This document shows, in pieces, positions 48,349 through 57,999 of a stretch of 64,000 nt of DNA. The translations under genes and the position numbers were made by a program. Every line of letters starts with the position of its first letter. Position 1 is the first letter of the stretch. Below the pieces are notes generated by a model, which was not told the origin of the DNA, made no database searches, and worked only from the letters and a program-made list of their open reading frames with translations. The stretch lies in the IMG/VR virus record IMGVR_UViG_3300026077_000001. The stretch is one strand, 5' to 3'. The DNA comes from a virus. Taxonomy: Duplodnaviria; Caudoviricetes.

Positions 48349-49912
48349 TGTTAGGAATCAAGACACAAATATTAAATAGCGAGAGCAAAGACATCTTGCG
48401 TAAATCTCTTGGTATGTTCATATCTAAAACATATCAATCACATAGTGAAGGGAGAATAGATGAAGGACAACTGCACGAGTTGTTACATACTGTAGAAGAA
48501 ATTACTGATCTGTTATATCTAAAGTATGTTGAGAATTTAGAATAATATGACCATCAACATATTACTTGCAAACTCTATTCAACTTGAAATGCGTAACATT
48601 CTAAAATCTCTTGAATTAGGTAACTACATCAAATTTAAAGGTGAGACTGGTTACATATCATTTGTATGTGATGATTATATTACAATGTGTACTCACGAGA
48701 CTGACGATCCAGACGCAATGCACGGAAAAAAGTTCTGTAATGTGCTAATATACAATGGAGACTGGTTGGACATTGAAATAGATGAGAGTCTATTCCCTCG
48801 CAATGTCAGAAACTATCACGGAAAGATAGTTGAACATCCAGGAAATGACCTACTACCACCTATTGAAGAAAGATGATGATTAAAGCAAATCCAAATGCAA
48901 CACAAAGTGAGTTTGATGGTAAGGTTATTGTACCTTGGGTTAACATTAACCTATCAAAGAATGAAGCAGAAGCATTATTAACTGCTTTACAACATTTCCC
49001 ACTTGAGTTACAACGACCTAGTGAGAATATCCACGGAGTTAAATACTCTGACATTTACAACACTATTAGACAGGAGGTTGATGATGCCACCATTGAGGAA
49101 ATTGGCGAAAGTAAGACCAATTAGTGATCGTGCTAAATTACAGTTCGTTGAAGCAATGAACAGTAATAATATGGCAACCATTGAAGATCGTAGAGAAGAT
49201 GGTAGGACATTCTTATCATCTAATCACAATCACGACTTTTGGTTTTGGTCAGATGGTAATGATGACCCACATTGGAGGTTTGAAGAGGTAGTATGACTGA
49301 CGCTAAAGCAGGTGAATCACTCAAGGTTACTGTTGATGACAATGGTAAAGTTGCTCTTGAGTTTGACCCTAACGACCCACATTGGAGTTGGTTAAGTAAA
49401 GCAACTGATGAACAAATTGAAGCATTCATTCAAGCAGCGAGGGATGATTATGACACACCTTGATAAGGTTATCCGTAACCTTGAGAAAGAGTTGGAACAA
49501 CTCAAACGTATTAACACAATGCTTAAATCAGATGATCTCAGACAAATACTATACAGAACTGAAACACGAGTTGGTAAAGATCTTGATGCACTCGACTCTC
49601 ATTGTTATGATAATCAGACTGGAGGAGCAGAGATACAAAGAACTGCTATAATAGATGATATCGAGCACTCTAAGTATTACTACGATTATGACCGTAACCG
49701 ATAGCGAACTCAATTTCATTGAAGAGTTATTATCTGGTGGATATGAATACAACTCACACCACCATTGCTATGAACGTGTATGGACTACAAATGAAGGTAA
49801 GGAGTCCATAGTTGAACTATATTTAAAGGACAGTAACAGTACAGAGTGGGTTCACAAGATGATAGGGTATGGTGGTAGCATATTCTATCAAGAGAGAGTG
49901 ACAAACGTGTAA
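48345..49912 (+). CDS. Run of small hypothetical genes (48345-48545, 48547-48876, 48873-49124, 49081-49296, 49293-49463, 49450-49704, 49688-49912)
   Basis: Consecutive coupled plus-strand ORFs with overlapping start/stop codons; 49293-49463 hand-translated. Confidence 0.6.
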
Positions 49913-49955
49913 CTGTCACATATAACTAGCATTTTGCCTTGTTTGCCTGTATGAT
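49898..49955 (+). promoter_or_regulatory. Early promoter with palindrome
   Basis: GTGACAAAC-GTGT-AACTGTCAC then TATGAT 30 nt downstream. Confidence 0.65.
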
Positions 49956-49976
49956 TAATACAGTTAAGCAAGGCAT

Positions 49977-51209
49977 TTGAGTATCACACTAAGACCACAC
50001 CAGAAAAGAGCACTCGAAGCAATGGGTGACAATGATAAAGGACAGATCATTGTGCCTACTGGTGGTGGTAAGACAATGATAATGATACAGCACGCTATCA
50101 AGCATTTTGAAGAGAGTCCAGTACCACAGACTATAGTTGTAGTTGCACCTCGTATTCTATTGGCACAACAACTATGTACTGAGTTCACATCATTGATTGA
50201 TGCTGATGTGTTACACGTCCATAGTGGTAAGAATGAGTATAAGAATACTACTGACCCTAAAGTTATTCAAGAGTGGGTAGATAACAATACAAATAATATA
50301 CTAATCTTTACAACATACCATTCACTTCATAAGGTATGTGTATTGGATGATGTTGACATAGTATATTATGATGAAGCACATAATAGCACAACTAAATCAT
50401 TTTTTCCTGCTGTTCAGGAGTTTAGTCAGAGAGAACAAACTAAGGACTATTATTTCACAGCAACACCTAAGTATGGAACTAGATCTAATTTCATAGGTAT
50501 GAACATACCTAGCATTTATGGTGAAATAATAGAGAATGTTACTGCTAGTGAGTTGATTGACAATGGTTCAATCATACCACCTACAATAGTACCATTTAAT
50601 GTTAATGGCACAAGGACTAGACAGAATGCTCACGAGTTTGATGTAGATGCAACACTAGACCTACTTGATGAGATAGATGATAATGAATTGACCCCTAAAG
50701 TGGTTGTCAGTATTGGATCTTCTAAGGTTCTTCAGTCAATGTTAGGTAGAACACCACTATTACAAGAGTTAAAAGATCGTGGATATGATGTATTACACGT
50801 CACTAGCAAGTTTGGTGCATACGTTAACGATAAGAAAGTATCAAGGTCTCAGTTTATGACCACACTAAATGAGTGGGGAACTGATGATGATAAGAAGTTT
50901 ATCGTATTTCATTACTCTATACTATCTGAAGGTATATCAGTTAGTGGATTGACTCACAGTATTATGTTGAGACAGTTGAATCTCATAGAAATGGCACAGA
51001 CAATAGGTAGAGTTATAAGGATGGATGCACGAGACAAGGCAGATATTAGTTCAAATAAACTGAAATCTGGTCAAGTGCAGTTCTATCGCAAGTCAACTGG
51101 TTATGTGTGTGTACCTATGAGCAGTAAAGCAACAGTAGCAAGATTACAAAGAGTAGTGGACGACATATTTGTTAAAGGTATCCCACCACTTCCTCTATCG
51201 TATAAATAA
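49977..51209 (+). CDS. SF2 DEAH helicase (restriction-enzyme-Res-like)
   Basis: LRPHQ, PTGGGKT, YYDEAH, FTAT, ILSEGI, QTIGRVIR; TTG start. Confidence 0.88.
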   Translation: MSITLRPHQKRALEAMGDNDKGQIIVPTGGGKTMIMIQHAIKHFEESPVPQTIVVVAPRILLAQQLCTEFTSLIDADVLHVHSGKNEYKNTTDPKVIQEWVDNNTNNILIFTTYHSLHKVCVLDDVDIVYYDEAHNSTTKSFFPAVQEFSQREQTKDYYFTATPKYGTRSNFIGMNIPSIYGEIIENVTASELIDNGSIIPPTIVPFNVNGTRTRQNAHEFDVDATLDLLDEIDDNELTPKVVVSIGSSKVLQSMLGRTPLLQELKDRGYDVLHVTSKFGAYVNDKKVSRSQFMTTLNEWGTDDDKKFIVFHYSILSEGISVSGLTHSIMLRQLNLIEMAQTIGRVIRMDARDKADISSNKLKSGQVQFYRKSTGYVCVPMSSKATVARLQRVVDDIFVKGIPPLPLSYK

Positions 51210-51239
51210 ATCAGGCACAGTATTAATTAGGATTTAACA

Positions 51240-51659
51240 ATGGCAACTACTCAAGTAAATAATTGGGCAGATTTATTGCTTGCTCAACTAGCAGCAAACG
51301 CTAAGGCATATAGATTGAAAGCAGTAAATGATAGCATCACCAGAGTAAGTGCTCAACAAGGAGCAGCAGAATATCGCTTTACAAATAAGAAAGCAAAGAT
51401 TGAAGCGGATGACGCTAGTGTCACTTGGACATTCAGCAAAGCGGATGCAGCAAGTGGTGATGATGTAGTAATATCAGCAACAGCACCAGTTGATAGAGGT
51501 GGACATACTAAAGTATGGGGAATAATAGAAGGCACAAGTGGTGATAATGAAGGATATGTAAGAAAGTCAACAAGTGACCCTTATGTGGATGCCAATTCAT
51601 TAGGTGACACATATCGTGCAGCATTCTTTGATAAGGTTAATCAATTTGGATGGGGATAA
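51240..51659 (+). CDS. Orphan late-expressed protein
   Basis: TATAAATA at 51201-51208; 139-aa ORF with no recognised motif. Confidence 0.65.
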   Translation: MATTQVNNWADLLLAQLAANAKAYRLKAVNDSITRVSAQQGAAEYRFTNKKAKIEADDASVTWTFSKADAASGDDVVISATAPVDRGGHTKVWGIIEGTSGDNEGYVRKSTSDPYVDANSLGDTYRAAFFDKVNQFGWG

Positions 51660-51729
51660 TACCATAATATGTGCCACTCAACAAACTGTCTCGCATTTGG
51701 TTGCAAGGCAGTTTTTTTGTGTATAATAA

Positions 51730-51898
51730 GAATGTTGAGGGATATGTGGTTCCTATGCCCGAAACATCATCTGCAGTAACTGATTCGCTCATCTGCAGTA
51801 ACTGATGTAGTAGGGGTTCAGGTGTAAGCGATTCCCATAGGTTAAATTTGGACTCTTGGGTGAAACCCATTTAAGTTAGTCCCACTCTCTCAACATTC
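51730..51898 (+). ncRNA. Structured RNA candidate with an internal 18-nt direct repeat
   Basis: 13-bp closing stem GAATGTTGAGGGA/TCTCTCAACATTC; CCTATG/CATAGG; GGACT/AGTCC; TGGGT/ACCCA; starts just after TATAAT 51722. Confidence 0.65.
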
Positions 51899-51915
51899 AA
51901 TTATATGGAGATTAG

Positions 51916-52205
51916 ATGACATTACAGTTTTTGACAACAGTCTTGAACAACTTCTGTTCAAACAATGGTTTACCATTTCAGTCAGCAGATGACTTACGTC
52001 ACAACTATCAAATTACTCTAACAAAATATCAAGAGAATTGGTTAGAGCAATATGGTAAGGTGTGGGATATCGTAGTGGAGAATGCAGACTAATGACTATT
52101 CAAGAATACAAAGAACTCATAGCACAAGACACATTAAAAATTGGATGTGAACTTGAAGATGTGACTGATGAGTGGTATGATGAAGAAGGCAACCTAAAAG
52201 AATAA
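51916..52205 (+). CDS. Two small ORFs (51916-52092, 52092-52205)
   Basis: Hand-translated 58 aa and 37 aa; GGAG RBS; TAATG coupling. Confidence 0.55.
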
Positions 52206-52206
52206 T

Positions 52207-53121
52207 ATGAAAGATACCATATTATATGGAGATTGTCGAGAGACTCTCAAACAATTTGATGAAAAGGCGAGGATGTGTGTAACATCACCGCCTTATTATG
52301 GTTTAAGAAACTATGGTAACGAGGACAATCAAATTGGATTAGAACAAACACCTGAAGAATACATTAAACAATTAGTTGAAGTATTCAGGTCAGTTCGTGA
52401 TGTACTTACGGATGATGGAACACTATGGGTAAACATAGGTGACACATACTATAATTACAGATCAGATGGTAATTATCCTAAGCAAACAGTATCTAAAACT
52501 AATCAAGATTTACCAACATTTACACCAGTTAGAGGTAACAAGTTTGATAACTTAAAATCTAAGGATTTAATTGGTATACCTTGGATGTTGGCATTTGCTT
52601 TGAGGGATGATGGATGGTTCTTACGTCAAGATATAATATGGCATAAACCAAATCCAATGCCTGAAAGTGTTAGAGATAGATGCACTAAATCTCACGAATA
52701 TATCTTCTTATTATCAAAGAATAAGAGATATTATTATGATAATGAAGCAATCAAAGAACCTGCTAAGGACTGGGGAACCAGAGATAGAACCAATGGCAAG
52801 TATCACAATAAAGGAACTGGACTGCAACCACATTCAGGATTGACCAAATCATATCCTATGAAGAATAAAAGAAGTGTGTGGTCAGTCACGTCCAAACCTT
52901 ATAAAGGTGCTCACTTCGCTACTTTCCCACCTGATTTGATAGAACCTTGTATCAAGGCAGGATCTTCACAAAATGACATAATTCTTGATCCATTTATGGG
53001 ATCAGGCACAACTGCAATGGTAGCAAGGGAACTGGGTAGGCATTACATAGGATGTGAGTTACATAACGACTATTCTAACCTAGTTCAGAAGCGATTAGGG
53101 TTGTTCCAGTTCACAAACTGA
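52207..53121 (+). CDS. Beta-class N4-cytosine/N6-adenine DNA methyltransferase
   Basis: TSPPY motif IV precedes DPFMGSGTT motif I; IIWHKPNPMPESVRDR. Confidence 0.92.
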   Translation: MKDTILYGDCRETLKQFDEKARMCVTSPPYYGLRNYGNEDNQIGLEQTPEEYIKQLVEVFRSVRDVLTDDGTLWVNIGDTYYNYRSDGNYPKQTVSKTNQDLPTFTPVRGNKFDNLKSKDLIGIPWMLAFALRDDGWFLRQDIIWHKPNPMPESVRDRCTKSHEYIFLLSKNKRYYYDNEAIKEPAKDWGTRDRTNGKYHNKGTGLQPHSGLTKSYPMKNKRSVWSVTSKPYKGAHFATFPPDLIEPCIKAGSSQNDIILDPFMGSGTTAMVARELGRHYIGCELHNDYSNLVQKRLGLFQFTN

Positions 53122-53187
53122 ACACATTTACACCCATTTCACTCATTTACCATTATTATAAGAGAGTTCAAACGATTTTATTGATCT

Positions 53188-53514
53188 ATGCCAACTGCAA
53201 CTGCTACTCAAGCGACTACAACACCACGCAAGAGAGCAAGACGCAAAGCAGCAACCACTTCAAAGACTGTCACAAAGAAGGCAGCAACACCAAAACTAAA
53301 TAAGGTAGTTGCAGTTCCACAAGTGTCACGTCCACAAGTTGAGTTGATATCAAGAGATCAGTACATTCAGGACATCAAAGCACGTTGGTCAGTACATCAG
53401 TATGAGATCAACGAGTTAGGCAAGGATCTCAAATTTGGTTATGAGTATCTTGTCAAGCAATCAGTTTTACTTATTGATTATTGCAAGAATTCATACAACA
53501 GAGCATTCAACTAG
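53188..53514 (+). CDS. Early protein with a basic, low-complexity N-terminus
   Basis: TPRKRARRKAATTSKTVTKKAATPK; own palindrome promoter. Confidence 0.7.
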   Translation: MPTATATQATTTPRKRARRKAATTSKTVTKKAATPKLNKVVAVPQVSRPQVELISRDQYIQDIKARWSVHQYEINELGKDLKFGYEYLVKQSVLLIDYCKNSYNRAFN

Positions 53515-53537
53515 ACCACTTGAATTACTGACACACT

Positions 53538-53560
53538 AGCACCCTATATGGGTGCTTTTT
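53538..53560 (+). terminator. Intrinsic terminator inside a promoter spacer
   Basis: AGCACCC-TATAT-GGGTGCT followed by a T-run. Confidence 0.7.
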
Positions 53561-53590
53561 AATGTAATATAATAATAGTTAAGGAATTTT

Positions 53591-55275
53591 ATGAACAACT
53601 TCGCTGAGTTTATTGATTACTGTATGTCATTCTACAATGATGTTGATGGACTCTATCCCATTGCTAACCTAACAGAAGAAGAGTTAGCACTTGCAACTCT
53701 CAAGTATCTTGACCTATGTGCATCATCCGATATTGAGTGGGGTGATGGCGATTCACTTGATCGTGAGCGTGTACGCAACATAGTCATTGAGTCTAGAGCA
53801 ATAAAGCAAGGTGGATGGATAACAGATGAACCAGTTAGCAAAGTGTCCACAAAATCACCAAACCTACCAAATTTCGTGTAATATAAGAATATGAACAAAA
53901 CAATCACACTTTCCGATCAGCAACATTCACTACTTGTGGATTTATTCTCTTCAATCGCTGATCTAGACTTGCAAGAGCATTGCGAGGACTCAACAGAATT
54001 CGATTCCCTATGGGATGCAGTTATAGACGCTAAGGAGGTCAACTAAATGTCAACATTACATCACGAGTCAATAATGGAACAATGTCACGATGAAGCGTGG
54101 GAGAGTTTCAGAAAGCATAACAAATTGACTGAAGATCAGTTAAATGAGTTATGTTGGAGACAAACTTCAGGCACATTACTTGCAATAGAAAAGCAAGCAC
54201 AGAGACTATTTGAAGCGAGGTGCCAATGAGTTACACCCAAAACGAAACAGCACTTCTTACTTTGATTTCTAACATCAACAACCAATTTTATTATATTGGC
54301 GAGGACAATGATAAAGTTGCACCAGTTGATGTTAAGAAATTTACTCAACATTGTGTAGCATTTATTGACTCTTTGGAGATCGAACAATGATAGTAAACTT
54401 TACAGCATCCATAGTATGTGATGATGAAGGAGTAAATCCACTTCATTTATGTGAAGAAATTCAAGCATATTTAAACTCTAATCATAATGAGAGTTACATT
54501 GACACTAAAGTGATAAGTTATAAATTAGAAGTTGATAAACAAGTCCCATTCTTTTATCAGGAGGAGTATTAATGCAAATTGAATTAACATTTGACGAGCA
54601 ATATGAGTTCGTTAAGTTATACGATCTACTCAGAGATATGGACTTTGAGTTAACACCTAATCAAACAAATGTGTTTGATAAAATATTAACAAATGGAGGA
54701 CAATCCTAATGAAAAGACAACTAACTTCACAACAATGGGATGAACTAATTGAACAGTATGTTCAGTTACAAGTTGATAGTATGGACTACAAATCTTTAGA
54801 GCAATTTGTTAAACAAACTCTAACACAAGATCTAAGAGAAATTGAGTATAGAGAAGATTTATGTGATGAAATTAAATATACATTTGATGAGGAAACATTG
54901 AATGAGTTAGTTGATAACGTAACTAATGAAACTGTACTTGACATTAACAACAATGGAGGTAAGTATTAATGAGAGAAGATTTAATGCCAGATGGATTTAA
55001 TGGTGAAATTAACTACAATGATGACGGAACCATTAATCTCAATGGTAACCTACTTCCAGAGGATTTAAGAGTAGTATCAGAGATAATATTTGATACTATA
55101 GCAAATTGTGGTCTATTTGATGACCACGATAAATTTTCATTTCAAATAAACATTAAGGAGGAAATTGACAATGATTGAATTATTTGTTATTGTTGGAGGT
55201 GCATACGCTCTTTATGTGTGTGGTGTTGCTATTGCAACAAATTTAGATTATTACGAGGTTAACAAACGTGATTAG
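53591..55275 (+). CDS. Early-region small ORF run (53591-53881, 53891-54046, 54047-54229, 54226-54390, 54387-54572, 54572-54709, 54709-54969, 54969-55178, 55171-55275)
   Basis: Consecutive coupled acidic ORFs with GGAGG RBSs; several hand-translated. Confidence 0.65.
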
Positions 55276-55432
55276 ATTTATTTTTGGATGTGTGTGCATC
55301 TTTATGGGTGTTAACATTCTAATCAATGTTATGAATAGCACAATGGTTGACAGTTGGGAAGAGAGGAACAGGACACTTCAAGAACTGACACAACCAAATC
55401 CCATTCAACCCTAAAATCAAGTATATTATAAA

Positions 55433-55543
55433 TGTGGGGGATGGTTCGATTCCATCACTAACGTGGATACGAAGATCTAGGTCTAAAGATTCGTGAACTG
55501 CTTCTAAGAAGAGAAAGCACGAAATTACTAGGTCATTCCCACA
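55433..55543 (+). ncRNA. Structured RNA candidate with a tRNA-like T-arm
   Basis: GATGG-TTCGATT-CCATC; closing TGTGGG/CCCACA; GATCTAG/CTAGGTC; TTCGTG/CACGAA; follows an early promoter. Confidence 0.6.
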
Positions 55544-55564
55544 ATCAATTTTACAGGATTTTAA

Positions 55565-55804
55565 ATGAATTTATTTGATGCAGTTCCAACAGTTGTAAGA
55601 GACAATTTTCAAGGATACGACAAGGGTGAATCAATTTCAGTTAAAGAGATCACCAACGCAGTATTTCAGGTAATTGATCTATGTGACAACTTTGACAAGG
55701 ACACCATCAAAATGACAACATTTAGACAAATCCGTCTAATGGTCTCAAATGGTGTTGATATGTTACTCAATGACCCGATTCAATTTAACGAGGTAATGTT
55801 CTAA
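55565..55804 (+). CDS. Hypothetical protein
   Basis: 79-aa ORF coupled to the nuclease gene. Confidence 0.65.
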   Translation: MNLFDAVPTVVRDNFQGYDKGESISVKEITNAVFQVIDLCDNFDKDTIKMTTFRQIRLMVSNGVDMLLNDPIQFNEVMF

Positions 55805-56322
55805 TGAATGTTGTTATTGACAAGATGCAATCACCCGAAGCAAAGTATCAACAACTGTTCGAAGCAATGTATCAACTTTGTGACGAAAATAACTGGGGAG
55901 ATCCTTTCAGTTATGCACGAAGCAGAGAGATACATTTAGCGAGCATACTTGGGCACCGAGTTAGTGATACTTTATCAGGTGCAGATGCCTATGATGAGAA
56001 TAACTTACCAGTTGAATATAAGTCAACTATTGGTAAGAAACTAACAGCAACTTATAACGGCATAAGTGTACAAAACTCGTGGGAGGAGCAAGTTAACTAT
56101 CTTAGAGAAGATAAGATAGGTAAGTATCACAAACACTTCTTTGCTAGGTATCATTTAGGCAAGGTAGTTGAGATTTGGGTTATGAATGCGGATGACGTAT
56201 TACGCATACTAATTGATAACCTAGAGAGACAATTTAAGACAGTTGGTAATAAGAAAGACCCCAGACTTGGGTACACTATTAGTAACAAACTCATCCAAAC
56301 TTACGGAACTAAAGTATTATGA
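55804..56322 (+). CDS. PvuII-fold type II restriction-like endonuclease
   Basis: GADAYDENNLPVEYKS matches PvuII GNDAVDNAGQEYELKS spacing; KIGKY and C-terminal GTKVL also correspond; recalled sequence, no search run. Confidence 0.7.
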   Translation: MNVVIDKMQSPEAKYQQLFEAMYQLCDENNWGDPFSYARSREIHLASILGHRVSDTLSGADAYDENNLPVEYKSTIGKKLTATYNGISVQNSWEEQVNYLREDKIGKYHKHFFARYHLGKVVEIWVMNADDVLRILIDNLERQFKTVGNKKDPRLGYTISNKLIQTYGTKVL

Positions 56323-56700
56323 GCATTGAACAATTAAACCCAGAGAGAGAACAATCCATTGATCTTATTGCTGAAACTTATTACAATCGTATGAAATTAC
56401 ACGTTGATAATAATAACCCACGCAATGCAGAAGCACTATGTTTAGAATACTTAGTGGACGGAATTGACCCCGAAGATGGTAACTATTCCTGGATGTTCTT
56501 ACAACATTTAGATAGTTTGTTTGAGTGATTACAGTCCTTAAGTATGACTTTAAACTGCTTAATCTGTTCCCTTAATTAACAATCAAATGGCAGAATCCAT
56601 CCTTGAAAACAACTCTTACCTAGTTGAATTATTTGATGAATGTGTTAATGGTAATGACATATTAGCATTACTAGATGAACTCTACCCTAGTGTGGACTAA
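56319..56700 (+). CDS. Two small ORFs (56319-56528, 56587-56700)
   Basis: ORF track plus hand translation. Confidence 0.55.
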
Positions 56701-56737
56701 TTTACATTTAGTCTATGACAATTAAATAAGTGGCACA

Positions 56738-56762
56738 GAACCCCTGTTATCAGGGGTTTTTT
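56738..56762 (+). terminator. Intrinsic terminator inside a promoter spacer
   Basis: AACCCCTG-TTAT-CAGGGGTT followed by a T-run. Confidence 0.7.
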
Positions 56763-56802
56763 CCTTTATAATAGGTACATACCAAACAAAGGCATTTAAC
56801 TT

Positions 56803-57126
56803 ATGAGAAAGATTGAAGCAGCAATGAACAGAGCAATCAGAAGCAGATCAAACTGGAGTTCAGGCAACACCAGAGTTGAAATCACACCTGATAATGACGC
56901 TCTTGTTTATCTTCATTCTAACCTTATTGGTAAGGTATCTCAGCATTTTGTTAAACTATTTGACGGCGGATGGCAGTCCAACACTACGAAATCCCGTTTA
57001 AATGCTATTTTGGATGAATTTCATTATGGTAGCGGAGTATTTCAAAGAGACTGGACTTGGTACGTTAATTTACAAATAGGAGGACATATTCCTTTCTATT
57101 CAGGTATAGAACTAAACCACAATTAA
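56803..57126 (+). CDS. Conserved early cyanophage protein
   Basis: MRKIEAAM...VYLHSNLIG...TTKSRLNA; TATAAT at 56767. Confidence 0.75.
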   Translation: MRKIEAAMNRAIRSRSNWSSGNTRVEITPDNDALVYLHSNLIGKVSQHFVKLFDGGWQSNTTKSRLNAILDEFHYGSGVFQRDWTWYVNLQIGGHIPFYSGIELNHN

Positions 57127-57280
57127 ATTGCCAAAATGTCACAAACTAACTACAAAATGACTGAAGAAACTTACAAACAACTTTGCAATCCTACCCCAAT
57201 TATTAAGTATTACTTCTTAATAAATGATCGGGTTAAGTATAACAAACGTTGACAAGGTATCAAACTATGATATATAATGA

Positions 57281-57305
57281 GGGGAGTAAATAACCCCTCT
57301 TTTTT
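57281..57305 (+). terminator. Intrinsic terminator
   Basis: GAGGGG...CCCCTC followed by a T-run. Confidence 0.65.
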
Positions 57306-57319
57306 ATTACAAACTCGTT

Positions 57320-57976
57320 ATGGACAATAGTAACATTTTATCGGACGATCTTTCATCCATAAGTGATAAGAATGAAAGCACAGTTTACGGTATGTTTATG
57401 ACACCAGTAGGGGTAAAATCTCTCACTAATCATCAACAACATAAACAGACTATATTAGATTATATCAGCAAATTGTCGCCTGAAGATGTCACAAACAGTT
57501 CCAGGAAAGATATAAACAATGGGGTGCTACAATTAGGTCAATTAGGTTTACTTAACCTAGAACAGTTCTTAACACTTAAGGAGGACATAATTGAAGCAGT
57601 TGTTGATATAAACTCTAAATCACTATGTTATGACTTAGGAGACAATCCTAATATAATTGATGATACTTTAGAGTTGACAAATAAGGGTGGAATGTATGCA
57701 CCACACGAGCAAAGTAATTGTCTTTATAGTGCAACTTATTTTGTAAATTGGGATATTAATTTACATTCACCATTACAATTTAAACGCAATGTAACATCAA
57801 CTCATTACCCAGTTATTCAATACAATCAAACACAAATTACCCCTTTCAATATGTTAGATGGAACAGTACCAATTACAGAGGGTTGTTTATGTTTATATCC
57901 ATCAAATATGGTGCGAGGGTATCAACAAAACAACGAAGGTAACCGTATTAGTTTAACATTTAACATTGGACTTTGA
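57320..57976 (+). CDS. Degenerate TIGR02466-like 2OG oxygenase
   Basis: HEQ...YPSNMVRG...RISLTFN; two iron ligands appear substituted. Confidence 0.65.
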   Translation: MDNSNILSDDLSSISDKNESTVYGMFMTPVGVKSLTNHQQHKQTILDYISKLSPEDVTNSSRKDINNGVLQLGQLGLLNLEQFLTLKEDIIEAVVDINSKSLCYDLGDNPNIIDDTLELTNKGGMYAPHEQSNCLYSATYFVNWDINLHSPLQFKRNVTSTHYPVIQYNQTQITPFNMLDGTVPITEGCLCLYPSNMVRGYQQNNEGNRISLTFNIGL

Positions 57977-57999
57977 CCCCTTAATTATCATTTAACGCT

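Noticed and set aside
51764-51808. Mini-CRISPR array interpretation of the 18-nt repeat
   Set aside because: Only two copies with a 4-nt gap, far too short for a spacer; no cas genes.
55433-55543. Canonical tRNA gene
   Set aside because: T-arm present but no D-arm, anticodon arm or correctly placed acceptor stem; no true tRNA found in the window.
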